DNA of 64,000 bases from a virus: positions 64,001 to 128,000 of the IMG/VR virus record IMGVR_UViG_3300032087_002150. One strand, 5' to 3'. Below are positions 8,889 through 17,352 of the stretch, one piece after another. The number at the start of each line of letters is the position of its first letter. The first letter of the stretch is position 1. Position numbers and translations under genes: made by a program. The notes under the pieces are model-generated. The model saw nothing but the letters and a program-made list of their open reading frames with translations. It did no database searches and was not told the origin of the DNA.

Positions 8889-10520
8889 TCAAAATAAACA
8901 GATTTCAGGATCTTCTTCGAAAGTTAATCCATCCATGTACATAGTCACTGGCGAGAATTGTAGACCATGCTCCAGTTCATGTAGTTGACTCATTATATAT
9001 CTCGTTCTCGCAATGGTCTCTACATTGTTTGTGGGTGGTGGTTGTTCTTCTGGTGGTAGTACGCAAAAACATCCACCCGTTGTTCCCATTTTTACTGATT
9101 GCCCAGCATACTCGCCTGCTTCGTCGGGATAAGTGCAAGTCAGATCATAGTTTGAGAACCTTCCAGTTGCTAGATCAGCATAAGACATGATTGTACCATA
9201 ACCACCATGTATGCCGTCATACTCTGGATTATCTTTATTTGGATTGTATCCTGGTAGATTGTATGCAAAGGAGTATTCAAATATTCCTGGTCTATCAGCA
9301 TCTTCCCATTCGTGTTGAGCACCTAGCAAATGACCAATCTCATGGGCGAACGTTTCATGTGCTCGTTCATAATATCTTGTAGATGCATTTTCTTGGAACA
9401 CACTATTATGGAAACACTGTGCGATGCCTCGAGTTTTACTCAAACCTTGTGTCGCGTCTAAACTAGCAACACCACACGCAATCGGATTTTCTGGTCTCTT
9501 TTTAAACAAGAACGCTATATCAGCGCCAACCTCTCGTTGCCAGTCGTCCAACCCATTAAACTCATAACGACCACCAAAGAATGCACTATACTGTCGATAC
9601 AAGTCACCTGGTGCTACTTCTACCAACTTGATACCAGCCAACCGAACCAAGGTCTTGGTACCAGAAGAAATATACATGTGATTTGATTCATAGATCTGTT
9701 TGTTCACGAACTCTTCAACAGTCATTCCGTCACGATCTTCTTCGGTGATGTTGGTATCAAACACAATCAACATATCAATCACAGCAGTCTCATACTGATC
9801 AGGATCGTAAGGGAAACTAACACCTGACTTCTGTTTTACACCATCACATGTCAGATAACCGTAACGAGAATCACCAGTGTCGGTAGGTGTGGTAGGACAA
9901 TCTTCTGGTTGTGTCATCTGCTCAAAGCATGTTTGATCGAGGTGTTCCAAACGGTCGGTATAGATGCCACCTTCACCATCCGCATAATCTTGTAGGCGAT
10001 CTTCTCGTAACAAGTGATTGATTCTTTCCGACACTATATCCAAATATTCTAGATCTTCCTCCAACTCAACAGCGCAATATGATTCTCCGATCGGCGTACC
10101 TTCTTCTGGTACAGCAGTCCAACCACATTCTTCGGAATCAGTATCTACAACTTCAGTGTAACTACCACCCTCGCCGTCAGCGAAATCCCTCACCTTGTCA
10201 TACTGTCCCAAGTTTTGTACACTGTTCAGTAGTTCTTGGAACCTCGTTTCAGAAGCATTCGCGCAATATGCATCACCCAAAGGTGTGCCGAACACAGGAG
10301 GAGCGACATATCCACACTTGGTTGAATCTGGAGTTTCTTCTTGAGTTGAACCACCATTACCATCGGCGATAGTTTGAATGAGCGTTGTACCGTCACAAGA
10401 TTCCTCAAGTACGGTTCCTTGTGCTGGGTTTGCTGGGGTGGTAATAGTCCCTTGATCATCAGAACTCCCACCGCCACCACAAGCAGTTAACAGTAGAAGC
10501 GGAAAGAGTATCTTTTTCAT
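8889..10520 (-). CDS. Lipoprotein zinc metalloprotease (metzincin, reprolysin/M12B-like) with Cys-containing N-terminal repeats
   Basis: Lipoprotein signal MKKILFPLLLLTA-C; HEIGHLLGAQH zinc motif; TIMSY Met-turn; three repeats of GT..(E/D)S.C...ADG(N/E)GG..T...C. Confidence 0.8.
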   Translation of the reverse strand: MKKILFPLLLLTACGGGGSSDDQGTITTPANPAQGTVLEESCDGTTLIQTIADGNGGSTQEETPDSTKCGYVAPPVFGTPLGDAYCANASETRFQELLNSVQNLGQYDKVRDFADGEGGSYTEVVDTDSEECGWTAVPEEGTPIGESYCAVELEEDLEYLDIVSERINHLLREDRLQDYADGEGGIYTDRLEHLDQTCFEQMTQPEDCPTTPTDTGDSRYGYLTCDGVKQKSGVSFPYDPDQYETAVIDMLIVFDTNITEEDRDGMTVEEFVNKQIYESNHMYISSGTKTLVRLAGIKLVEVAPGDLYRQYSAFFGGRYEFNGLDDWQREVGADIAFLFKKRPENPIACGVASLDATQGLSKTRGIAQCFHNSVFQENASTRYYERAHETFAHEIGHLLGAQHEWEDADRPGIFEYSFAYNLPGYNPNKDNPEYDGIHGGYGTIMSYADLATGRFSNYDLTCTYPDEAGEYAGQSVKMGTTGGCFCVLPPEEQPPPTNNVETIARTRYIMSQLHELEHGLQFSPVTMYMDGLTFEEDPEICLF

Positions 10521-10756
10521 CAGTGTATAGTATCCTCAATATATGGTTGAGAAAGCACCCACTGTACATCGGGCAACATACGGTATGTGAAATGAGAACC
10601 GTAGATATCCTCAACCTTTATCAATTCTTCATGAGTAAAGTCTCGCATCAATCTATCAATTACAAGTTGCTGTACTTCAGTAGCGAGGGAATCAACTTTT
10701 AATCTTACGGATTCCACGTCGCTGTCAGTAAAATCGTAGTCAAACAAACTCGACAT
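10520..10756 (-). CDS. Hypothetical protein
   Basis: In-strand ORF overlapping both neighbours. Confidence 0.6.
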   Translation of the reverse strand: MSSLFDYDFTDSDVESVRLKVDSLATEVQQLVIDRLMRDFTHEELIKVEDIYGSHFTYRMLPDVQWVLSQPYIEDTIH

Positions 10757-11678
10757 TCGCCATCATCTCCGTTAAACAAGCAACCATATTTAGTTCCGCA
10801 TCAGCAACGAACGCTGCCTTGTATTGATAATCCGCAAGGATTAGAACCAACTGAGGAATGCTGTTCGGCGCAACATACTGAGTCATAGCATCATAGATGC
10901 CACGGAAAATAGCAGCGGACTCAACGTCCATGTTATTGGCAACCCATACCCGCATGTTCTTGAAGTCTTTTTCTTTGATATAGGAAAACAACTCCGCGAT
11001 ACTTTCGCTGTTTGACTTACTGAGAACATCCAGTTGAAGTTCGCCGCCACGAGAGTGACGCTGAAGTTCGTTGATGATTCTTCGCCAGTCAGGAGCGTGA
11101 CGCATAATCAGTTCGGCGAGAACTTTTCCGTTATCAAGTTTGACGTTCTCTTGATCCAGAATAAACTTCGCTCGCTTCATAAACTGTTCGCAAAGTTTCG
11201 CCATGTCTTTCTTGCTGGTGTTAAACTCAATCACACCACAACGAGAATGGAGAGGTTCGATGATCTTGTTCTTGAAGTTACAAGTCAGAATGAATCGACA
11301 GTTCTTCGAGAACTCCTCGATAAACCCACGGAGAGCAGGTTGGGTTGACTGTGCATTCAGATAGTCTGCCTCATCAAGGATACATACTTTGTACCCGCCT
11401 GACAAGGAAACACTGGAAGCGAACTGTTTGATCTTACCACGGAGAGTGTCGATATTACCAGACTCCGAAGCGTTGATCAAGATATAGTCAAGGTCAAGCT
11501 CGTTACAGATAGCACGAGCAACAGTAGTTTTGCCAAGACCAGCAGTACCAGTTAGCAACATGTTCGGCACTTCGCCAGTGCCCACAATCTCTTTAAACTG
11601 TGCCTTCAAGTGATCTGGAAGGATACACTCATCAATCGTCTTCGGACGATACTTCTCAACCCACAATGATTCAACCAT
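10740..11678 (-). CDS. 44: Clamp loader large subunit (gp44)
   Basis: LWVEKYRPKTIDECILP, GTAGLGKTT Walker A, ILDEAD, PLHSRC. Confidence 0.97.
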   Translation of the reverse strand: MVESLWVEKYRPKTIDECILPDHLKAQFKEIVGTGEVPNMLLTGTAGLGKTTVARAICNELDLDYILINASESGNIDTLRGKIKQFASSVSLSGGYKVCILDEADYLNAQSTQPALRGFIEEFSKNCRFILTCNFKNKIIEPLHSRCGVIEFNTSKKDMAKLCEQFMKRAKFILDQENVKLDNGKVLAELIMRHAPDWRRIINELQRHSRGGELQLDVLSKSNSESIAELFSYIKEKDFKNMRVWVANNMDVESAAIFRGIYDAMTQYVAPNSIPQLVLILADYQYKAAFVADAELNMVACLTEMMANVEFV

Positions 11679-11704
11679 AATATAACTCCATCATCAACAT
11701 ACAT

Positions 11705-11733
11705 ATTATACTAAATTTGCCGTTTCCAGTCAA
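11705..11733 (-). promoter_or_regulatory. Sigma70-type promoter for gp44
   Basis: TTGACT-N17-TATAAT. Confidence 0.75.
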
Positions 11734-12445
11734 ACGTGATTTTCTCTATATTTTTCCATAACTTAGGATCTAGGTTTCTGGACTTAACCAGATCAACCAT
11801 AGGTTCTATGCCTCTTTGATCACGCTGTTTTACCGTCTTGTCGTCTGGGTACTCAGTCCCAGTCACCTCGTTGTCGATCACGATCTTTCGCCCCATACGG
11901 TTGGAAGGGAGGATCGTATCCATCAGTTTCGGGGAAGCAATCTGATCGAGTCGATCCCTGAACAGTTTGTCTCCCATATGCCAACCACGAAGTTCCTCGT
12001 CATACCCACCAGCGGCGAAGAAATCACTTCGGCGACAGGCGAAGATATTCCCTGGGTCACCACCGAACAGATTGCACAGTACATACTCACCTTCCTTAGA
12101 AGCGGCGATGTCCTTCTGTAATGCCTCACAGAAGTCCTCAGTGAGTTCCTGGTCAACGTCCATGAACATCAACCAGTCATGTCCAGCGGCAACAGAAGCA
12201 CCAAGGTTTCTCGCTCCATGAGCGTTGAACCCATAGTCAACTGCGACTCTGTAGAGCATGACCTTCTTTCTGTTACAGCAACATTCTTCGATGTGAGACT
12301 GTACTATAGGTTTGGCGGGATAGTTGGGAGAGGCATCATCGATGATTATAACTTTGTCAAAATACTTGAATGTACAATCATTGTACAAAATACCCTCAAG
12401 TCTATCAGGGTCTTCATAATATGGTATAATCAATGCCGTGGTCAT
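11711..12445 (-). CDS. Glycosyltransferase family 2
   Basis: LIIPYYE, IIIDDAS, GFNAHGARNLG, DVD, GGYDEE. Start placed at MTTALII after the TAAGGA RBS. Confidence 0.85.
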   Translation of the reverse strand: MTTALIIPYYEDPDRLEGILYNDCTFKYFDKVIIIDDASPNYPAKPIVQSHIEECCCNRKKVMLYRVAVDYGFNAHGARNLGASVAAGHDWLMFMDVDQELTEDFCEALQKDIAASKEGEYVLCNLFGGDPGNIFACRRSDFFAAGGYDEELRGWHMGDKLFRDRLDQIASPKLMDTILPSNRMGRKIVIDNEVTGTEYPDDKTVKQRDQRGIEPMVDLVKSRNLDPKLWKNIEKITFDWKRQI

Positions 12446-12460
12446 ATAGTTCCTTAAAGC

Positions 12461-12531
12461 GAGCAGTTTTCCCACTTACTCAGGTGACGGTGCGCATACC
12501 GACCAGAGCGAGTTTAGAGTCATCTCGAGAC
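12461..12531 (-). ncRNA. Structured RNA element, manA-motif-like (tentative)
   Basis: GUCUCGAGAUGACUCUAAACUCGCUCUGGUCGGUAUGCGCACCGUCACCUGAGUAAGUGGGAAAACUGCUC has stems CGAG/CUCG, CGGU/ACCG and GAGUA/UGCUC, plus possible loop pairing. The 5' half resembles, from memory, the start of the manA RNA motif of marine phages. Confidence 0.45.
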
Positions 12532-12537
12532 TAAATA
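12531..12537 (+). promoter_or_regulatory. Late promoter (CTAAATA) for the plus-strand peptide gene
   Basis: Late-box variant followed 7 nt later by hairpin GACC-ATGT-GGTC, then an AAAAGGAG RBS. Confidence 0.55.
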
Positions 12538-12579
12538 ATAACTGACCATGTGGTCTATAACGACAAAAGGAGTAACAGT

Positions 12580-12672
12580 ATGGAAATGCAACTTCCTCTT
12601 ATCGGAAAACTTCACCTCCCTTCACTATTACTTGGGGGTGGCGCAATGCTACTCTTACTGTGGCTTTTGTAA
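12580..12672 (+). CDS. 30-aa hydrophobic membrane peptide (not in ORF track)
   Basis: MEMQLPLIGKLHLPSLLLGGGAMLLLLWLL*; AAAAGGAG RBS 7 nt upstream; upstream promoter and downstream terminator. Confidence 0.7.
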   Translation: MEMQLPLIGKLHLPSLLLGGGAMLLLLWLL

Positions 12673-12691
12673 CACTAGATAATCTGGTATC

Positions 12692-12723
12692 AAGGGGAGC
12701 ATCTGCTCCCCTTTCATTTATTT
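12692..12723 (+). terminator. Rho-independent terminator (possibly bidirectional)
   Basis: AAGGGGAGC-ATCT-GCTCCCCTT followed by TCATTTATTT. Confidence 0.75.
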
Positions 12724-12875
12724 AACCAAGCATCTATCTTTTCGCCCATCACTAAATCTACCCAAGACGCTCCTTTGTAGAGTTTGCCTATACACCAGTA
12801 AGTTGCATCCCAAACCAGTGCTATTGGGGCGATCAATATTATTTTTCCCCATCTAACGAGTTCTTCTTTCGCCAT
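12714..12875 (-). CDS. Small hypothetical membrane protein
   Basis: MAKEELVRWGKIILIAPIALVWD...; one hydrophobic segment. Confidence 0.55.
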   Translation of the reverse strand: MAKEELVRWGKIILIAPIALVWDATYWCIGKLYKGASWVDLVMGEKIDAWLNK

Positions 12876-13039
12876 AATTCTTTCGACCACTCCGGATGTT
12901 TTACGATCTGTATTTTTTCGTACCCATACCACCATTGCCCTTGTTCGTCCATACACGGGATATGATATTCTCTTGCAGATACGTTCTTCTTTTTTCTTTT
13001 TCTTCCTACAAAAAACTTTTCTGTTAGATTGTCAAGCAT
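12839..13039 (-). CDS. Small hypothetical protein
   Basis: In-strand ORF overlapping the upstream stop. Confidence 0.5.
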   Translation of the reverse strand: MLDNLTEKFFVGRKRKKKNVSAREYHIPCMDEQGQWWYGYEKIQIVKHPEWSKELWRKKNSLDGEK

Positions 13040-13715
13040 CGCATTCGTACACGAACGAACAACCGTGCCTCACTTCAATGTCATAGGGAATGTAAGCACA
13101 ATGCGGTACGTTCGTTTTGTAGATTGTCATGGTTTTGTATTTCGACGGTGCCATGCCTAGAAACTCAAATCCCCAAGTTTCCCAATCATAGTTTATATAT
13201 TGAGTTTTCTTCGGCATATCTTTCAAGCGATTATAACTTTCATTCAATGCGTGGTTGGGGTCTACGCGAAAGTCATACTTGTTGTCAATCATTTCGCCGT
13301 GATACTTGTATAGATTAGTGCCGCTATGTTCCACATCATCAGTCAACCAAAGATTACATGCTATTCCAGTGTCATAAAATCCTTCTTCAATATCTTGATG
13401 AGGGATTAGTGCTTGCTCATAACAACCAAACATTTCCTTCGAGTAATAGTTTGACCAAGAGGAAGTGTTAGCGAAGGTTGGTTTCGCCTCAGAATTAACA
13501 TACTCTCTGTAGAACTCATGTAAGAAATTGTATATCGCTATTGTCCCATCCAGTTGGGAAATCATTTTATTGAAGAAAGGGTTGTATGGATTGCCTTCAT
13601 CAACATACTCGCAGTTTTTAACACCAGCAACGAAAACATCGAAATCTAATATTGAGTCGATGTCTTCAACGACCCAGTATCCCACATCATATTTGAGAGG
13701 ATGGTAGGTGATCAC
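13032..13715 (-). CDS. 2OG-Fe(II) oxygenase-like protein (DUF6445-like)
   Basis: PHQD...NLWL...GTNLY...H jelly-roll pattern. GTG start at 13715 overlaps the upstream TGA. Confidence 0.55.
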   Translation of the reverse strand: MITYHPLKYDVGYWVVEDIDSILDFDVFVAGVKNCEYVDEGNPYNPFFNKMISQLDGTIAIYNFLHEFYREYVNSEAKPTFANTSSWSNYYSKEMFGCYEQALIPHQDIEEGFYDTGIACNLWLTDDVEHSGTNLYKYHGEMIDNKYDFRVDPNHALNESYNRLKDMPKKTQYINYDWETWGFEFLGMAPSKYKTMTIYKTNVPHCAYIPYDIEVRHGCSFVYECDA

Positions 13716-13891
13716 AGTCCGATCAATCCCCAACCGTGATTAGCAATCGCGTTCAATATAATGAAGATACAAGTTGCCATGTGAGTGAACCACCAAATTG
13801 TACGGATGACAGCAACAGAGTCTGCTTGGCGATTAGTTTCGCCAACCTTTTCACCGAGGGACTGCGCCCAGATTCTCCACCATTTTCTCAT
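13712..13891 (-). CDS. Small membrane protein of a family common in marine T4-like phages (not in ORF track)
   Basis: [59 protein letters not shown]; WR.WA..LGEK...AD..A.IRT pattern. Confidence 0.75.
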   Translation of the reverse strand: MRKWWRIWAQSLGEKVGETNRQADSVAVIRTIWWFTHMATCIFIILNAIANHGWGLIGL

Positions 13892-13897
13892 ATTAGT

Positions 13898-13974
13898 TGG
13901 TCGGGGATGCAGGATTCGAACCTGCGACCTTCCGCTCCCAAAGCGGACGCACTACCAAGCTGTGCTAATCCCCG
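13898..13974 (-). tRNA. trnP: tRNA-Pro(UGG)
   Basis: CGGGGAT acceptor stem, anticodon loop TT-TGG-GA, GGTTCGAATCC T-arm, encoded CCA. Confidence 0.97.
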
Positions 13975-15407
13975 ATTTGATACCTTATAAAATCTCCGTG
14001 GGGCAAGCAATCTTGCCTCATACTATAAACTTGCTGTTTCCTATGATTGTAAAATAGGTTCGCCTCTTCAGATAGGTCTAATATTTGAAGATAGTTTTTA
14101 ACAGCATCCTCACTTATCATACCGAGACCGTTAGCAACTTGCAAGTATCCATGCGAACCGAAACTTGTAATGTTAGAAACAACGTCAAAATCTTTTTCCG
14201 TCAACATAGTATACTTTAATTGTTCATGAAAAGCAACTATCCATTCCGGAGTGGACTCATCCATGTATCGCCAAAAGTCAGTGTCAGTTCTTCTTGTATA
14301 ATAATGAAAACGCAAGAAGTCTAACACTTCATCAAACATCAGGCGACATCGTTTATTGTACATCAACCTTTGATAGGATAGGTTGTCATGTAACAAACAA
14401 TCTGCTAGAAGTTCCGCTTGAATAATGGTAGACTGTATTGTAGTCGCCTCTAATGGTTCAACGAATCCGCTAGAAAGTCCGACTGTTATACAGTTACTGA
14501 TCCACTGTTCTTCAAGATACCCAACCTCAAAGGGCACGACTCGCCCATCAACTTCCTTGCCAACTATTCTGGTGAGGTCATCCATCGCCTCATCATCTGA
14601 CAGGAACTTATCTGAATAGATGTAACCGTTACCGTGTCGATGCTGTAACGGAACTCTCCACATCCAACCATTACCAGTTGCCTCTGCTAGAGTGTAGTTC
14701 GGCAAATCATTCATATCCGCTTCGGTTTGAAACGCGATAGATCTATTGTTTGGTATTAGGTGAGTCTTGTCAATATAGGTTGGATCGAAGTTGTCAATTA
14801 ATAATCGGGAGAATCCAGTGGCATCAATGTATACATCACCAACATGTATTGAACCGTCCTCTAACTCGATACCAGAAATCAATCCATCATAACTTACGAT
14901 GACTTCTTTCAACACCCCATCAACTATCTTGAGGCAATCGGAGCATCTCTTTTGTACATACTCCCCGAACTCAAATGTGTTGATGTGAATAGCATAGTGA
15001 TCTAGATGCGGCGAGCACATTCTACGATCAGTATAATATTCATCGATGCCTACACCAGAAAATGTTGACTTGTTTAGTTTACTGGCGCAGTAGAGTAGGT
15101 TCAACCCAGGATAACTGTTATGATCATCAAACTGTTTGAAGTTGTGATAATAATAAGAACCGTCGTTTAACCAGTTCTTGAACTTAACACCATACTTGAT
15201 GGTGCTATTAGTATTTTCTAACAGATCCTGAGTTGATATTCTTACACGATTAAGGTAAGAATGAATGGCAGGGGTGGTACTTTCGCCGACCCCAATACCT
15301 TTGTTAGAATGGTCGTAGATAATCGTGACATCATAACCAGAGCGAGCAAGAAAAGTTGCTACGATACTCCCGCTGGTTGATCCACCTACAACTACAACCT
15401 TCTTCAT
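13965..15407 (-). CDS. Flavin-dependent halogenase (tryptophan halogenase family)
   Basis: [12 protein letters not shown] motif, [28 protein letters not shown] (WxWxIP), FVEPLEAT. Confidence 0.88.
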   Translation of the reverse strand: MKKVVVVGGSTSGSIVATFLARSGYDVTIIYDHSNKGIGVGESTTPAIHSYLNRVRISTQDLLENTNSTIKYGVKFKNWLNDGSYYYHNFKQFDDHNSYPGLNLLYCASKLNKSTFSGVGIDEYYTDRRMCSPHLDHYAIHINTFEFGEYVQKRCSDCLKIVDGVLKEVIVSYDGLISGIELEDGSIHVGDVYIDATGFSRLLIDNFDPTYIDKTHLIPNNRSIAFQTEADMNDLPNYTLAEATGNGWMWRVPLQHRHGNGYIYSDKFLSDDEAMDDLTRIVGKEVDGRVVPFEVGYLEEQWISNCITVGLSSGFVEPLEATTIQSTIIQAELLADCLLHDNLSYQRLMYNKRCRLMFDEVLDFLRFHYYTRRTDTDFWRYMDESTPEWIVAFHEQLKYTMLTEKDFDVVSNITSFGSHGYLQVANGLGMISEDAVKNYLQILDLSEEANLFYNHRKQQVYSMRQDCLPHGDFIRYQIGD

Positions 15408-15419
15408 AGAAAGAGGGTA

Positions 15420-15439
15420 GGTGTTGCCGAAGCAACACC
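15420..15439 (-). other. Stable cUUCGg hairpin between genes
   Basis: GGTGTTGC-TTCG-GCAACACC on the minus strand; weak U-tract, so a stabiliser or weak terminator. Confidence 0.6.
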
Positions 15440-15446
15440 GTCCTAT

Positions 15447-15689
15447 TTACGCACCCAGTGCAGCGTAACCAGCAGCGACTACTGCGCGAGTAGGAGTACC
15501 CATGCGGTAGAACGACTTGGTTTGACCCTTGCTGTTAGTGCGCTCATTTGCGTAGATGGCGAAACCATCTGCTCGCAGAGAACGAACTACTTCGTAGGGG
15601 TTCTTAACGCCGAAACGAGCAGAGATCTGCTTAGCAGTCAGTTGCTCACCAGTTGTAAGTGCTTCAAGCACGCGTGCCTTCGTAGACAT
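15447..15689 (-). CDS. Small winged-HTH-like protein conserved in T4-like phages
   Basis: LTAKQISARFGVKNP..VRSLR..GF.IYAN...YRMGTPTRAVVAAG; GAGGAG RBS. Confidence 0.7.
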   Translation of the reverse strand: MSTKARVLEALTTGEQLTAKQISARFGVKNPYEVVRSLRADGFAIYANERTNSKGQTKSFYRMGTPTRAVVAAGYAALGA

Positions 15690-15743
15690 AATATAACTCC
15701 TCAAGAGTTTTCAAGTTTAACAATGCGCAGAATTGCGCGTTCA

Positions 15744-16292
15744 CTACAATGATTCAAGATAGGAAAGGATGCTCTGAGGAGAAGTGACTTCATATGGATC
15801 ACTTTCACAGTCATCTTCCTTTCCTGGTTCCTCGAACCAATGTAATACGTTTCCGTCATCAATCACAGCGGCATAGCGCCAAGAGCGACGACCGAATCCT
15901 AGATTATCCTTCGCAACCAGCATCTGCATACCATGGGTAAACTGCGCTGATCCATCAGGAAGCATCTTAACATTCTGAACACCTTGCGCTTTCGCCCAAG
16001 CATTCATAACGAAAGAGTCGTTCACGGAGACACAATAGATGTCTTGGATTCCATGAAATCTCTTAAACTTCTGATGCAACTTATCAAAGTCAGGCAACTG
16101 ATAAGTTGAACATGTTGGGGTAAACGCACCTGGCAAAGAAAAGACGAGCACACGGCGACCATGAAAAATCTCGGCGGTGCTTACATCTTGCCAACGATAA
16201 GGGTTGTCACCTTCAATAGATTCATCTCGGACACGTGTCTTAAACACCATATCTGGTACACGAGATACCTTATCAGTCTTGATCTTCTCCAT
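15744..16292 (-). CDS. Peroxiredoxin (Prx5 type)
   Basis: LPGAFTPTCS, SVNDSFVMNAW, LGFGRRSWRYA. Confidence 0.93.
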   Translation of the reverse strand: MEKIKTDKVSRVPDMVFKTRVRDESIEGDNPYRWQDVSTAEIFHGRRVLVFSLPGAFTPTCSTYQLPDFDKLHQKFKRFHGIQDIYCVSVNDSFVMNAWAKAQGVQNVKMLPDGSAQFTHGMQMLVAKDNLGFGRRSWRYAAVIDDGNVLHWFEEPGKEDDCESDPYEVTSPQSILSYLESL

Positions 16293-16308
16293 TACTGGAT
16301 TCTCCTAC

Positions 16309-16527
16309 TTACTCGTTTTCGCTGTGGAACTGTTCGCACATCTGAGCAATCTGTACACACTGGTCGCGGAGTTGACCAATCGCGGACATTTCTTCACCTT
16401 TTACTGCGCCTCGCTGACACATAGCATCAAGTACACTGATAGTGGTGCGCGAAGTACGGAAAGAAGCATCATAGATGGGACGAACATCGTCCAGTTTAAA
16501 AGTTTTGGTTTCAGTCTTAGACGACAT
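16309..16527 (-). CDS. Hypothetical protein
   Basis: Start at MSSKTETK after a GGAG RBS; R.TISVLDAMCQRGA.KGEE...IGQLRDQ. Confidence 0.7.
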   Translation of the reverse strand: MSSKTETKTFKLDDVRPIYDASFRTSRTTISVLDAMCQRGAVKGEEMSAIGQLRDQCVQIAQMCEQFHSENE

Positions 16528-16529
16528 AT

Positions 16530-17207
16530 TTATTCTCCATAAGTTGAGGATGGTTCGAGTGCTACGATATATTTGATATCTCCAGTATCTTTCTTCCACT
16601 CGGTGATCATTTTACTGGAAATAGAAACCTCATAGTCGCCCTCAATCATTTTAAGATTGCCGATGTTCGCGACAAGTTTAAAATCATCAATGTCAGATGA
16701 CCCAGGAACGATGAGGTCAAATGAGTTAGAAGTTGGATCAGTCACATCTACAACTGACAACTTGATGCCGTTCTCACTTGGCAGGATACTCATTTTCTCA
16801 TGACCGAGAGCGGATGCTGCTCGGCGAAGTCGATTCAACGTAGTTGAGTTGATATTAAACTTAGCAACTTCATCAGGCAAGGTGATCGACTTTTCAGTGA
16901 AGGTAAGGATCTCCTCAGAAGCATAGTAATACTTACAACTGTTGAGTCCAGTCCCGTCTGAAACTACCAGATGATCGTCATTGAAAGTTAGATGATGATC
17001 ATCCAAGATACTGATTACTGACAAGAACTCTCCCATATCATAAAGACCGAATCGCTTAGGGAAATCCTGATCTAGAGTTGCTTCCGCGAGAATACTTTTA
17101 CCGCCAGATAGACTGTTCAAGGTATTCTGTTCTCGGATCAACATGTTTGGATTAATACTCGCAAAGTTCTGAAGAACCTTTAAAGTGTTTTCATTGAGTT
17201 GCATCAT
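16530..17207 (-). CDS. 45: Sliding clamp (gp45)
   Basis: TLKVLQNFASIN...FGLYD..EFLS...NLKMIEGDYEVSIS...YIVALE; AAGGAG RBS before MMQLNE. Confidence 0.93.
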   Translation of the reverse strand: MMQLNENTLKVLQNFASINPNMLIREQNTLNSLSGGKSILAEATLDQDFPKRFGLYDMGEFLSVISILDDHHLTFNDDHLVVSDGTGLNSCKYYYASEEILTFTEKSITLPDEVAKFNINSTTLNRLRRAASALGHEKMSILPSENGIKLSVVDVTDPTSNSFDLIVPGSSDIDDFKLVANIGNLKMIEGDYEVSISSKMITEWKKDTGDIKYIVALEPSSTYGE

Positions 17208-17352
17208 TATCTCCTTCTTCAGATTCGATACGCCATAATATATCTTCAACAGCAGTTATGTAACCAGTGATCCATAACTCACTCTGCTCATAGTATCCTT
17301 TCCTTGCTTCCTTAATGATGTTGTAGAGGAAAGGTTTTAAGTCTTCAACCAT
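17191..17352 (-). CDS. Small hypothetical protein (53 aa; not in ORF track)
   Basis: MVEDLKPFLYNIIKEARKGYYEQSELWITGYITAVEDILWRIESEEGDNDATQ; overlaps both neighbours. Confidence 0.55.
   Translation of the reverse strand: MVEDLKPFLYNIIKEARKGYYEQSELWITGYITAVEDILWRIESEEGDNDATQ

Noticed and set aside
12461-12531. Hammerhead, HDV-like or pistol ribozyme
   Set aside because: CUGAGUA does not fit CUGANGA, and I could not build the required cores by eye. Kept only as an unassigned structured RNA.
13736-14057. Plus-strand ORFs 13736-13990 and 13785-14057
   Set aside because: They are antisense shadows of tRNA-Pro and of the real minus-strand membrane-protein gene.
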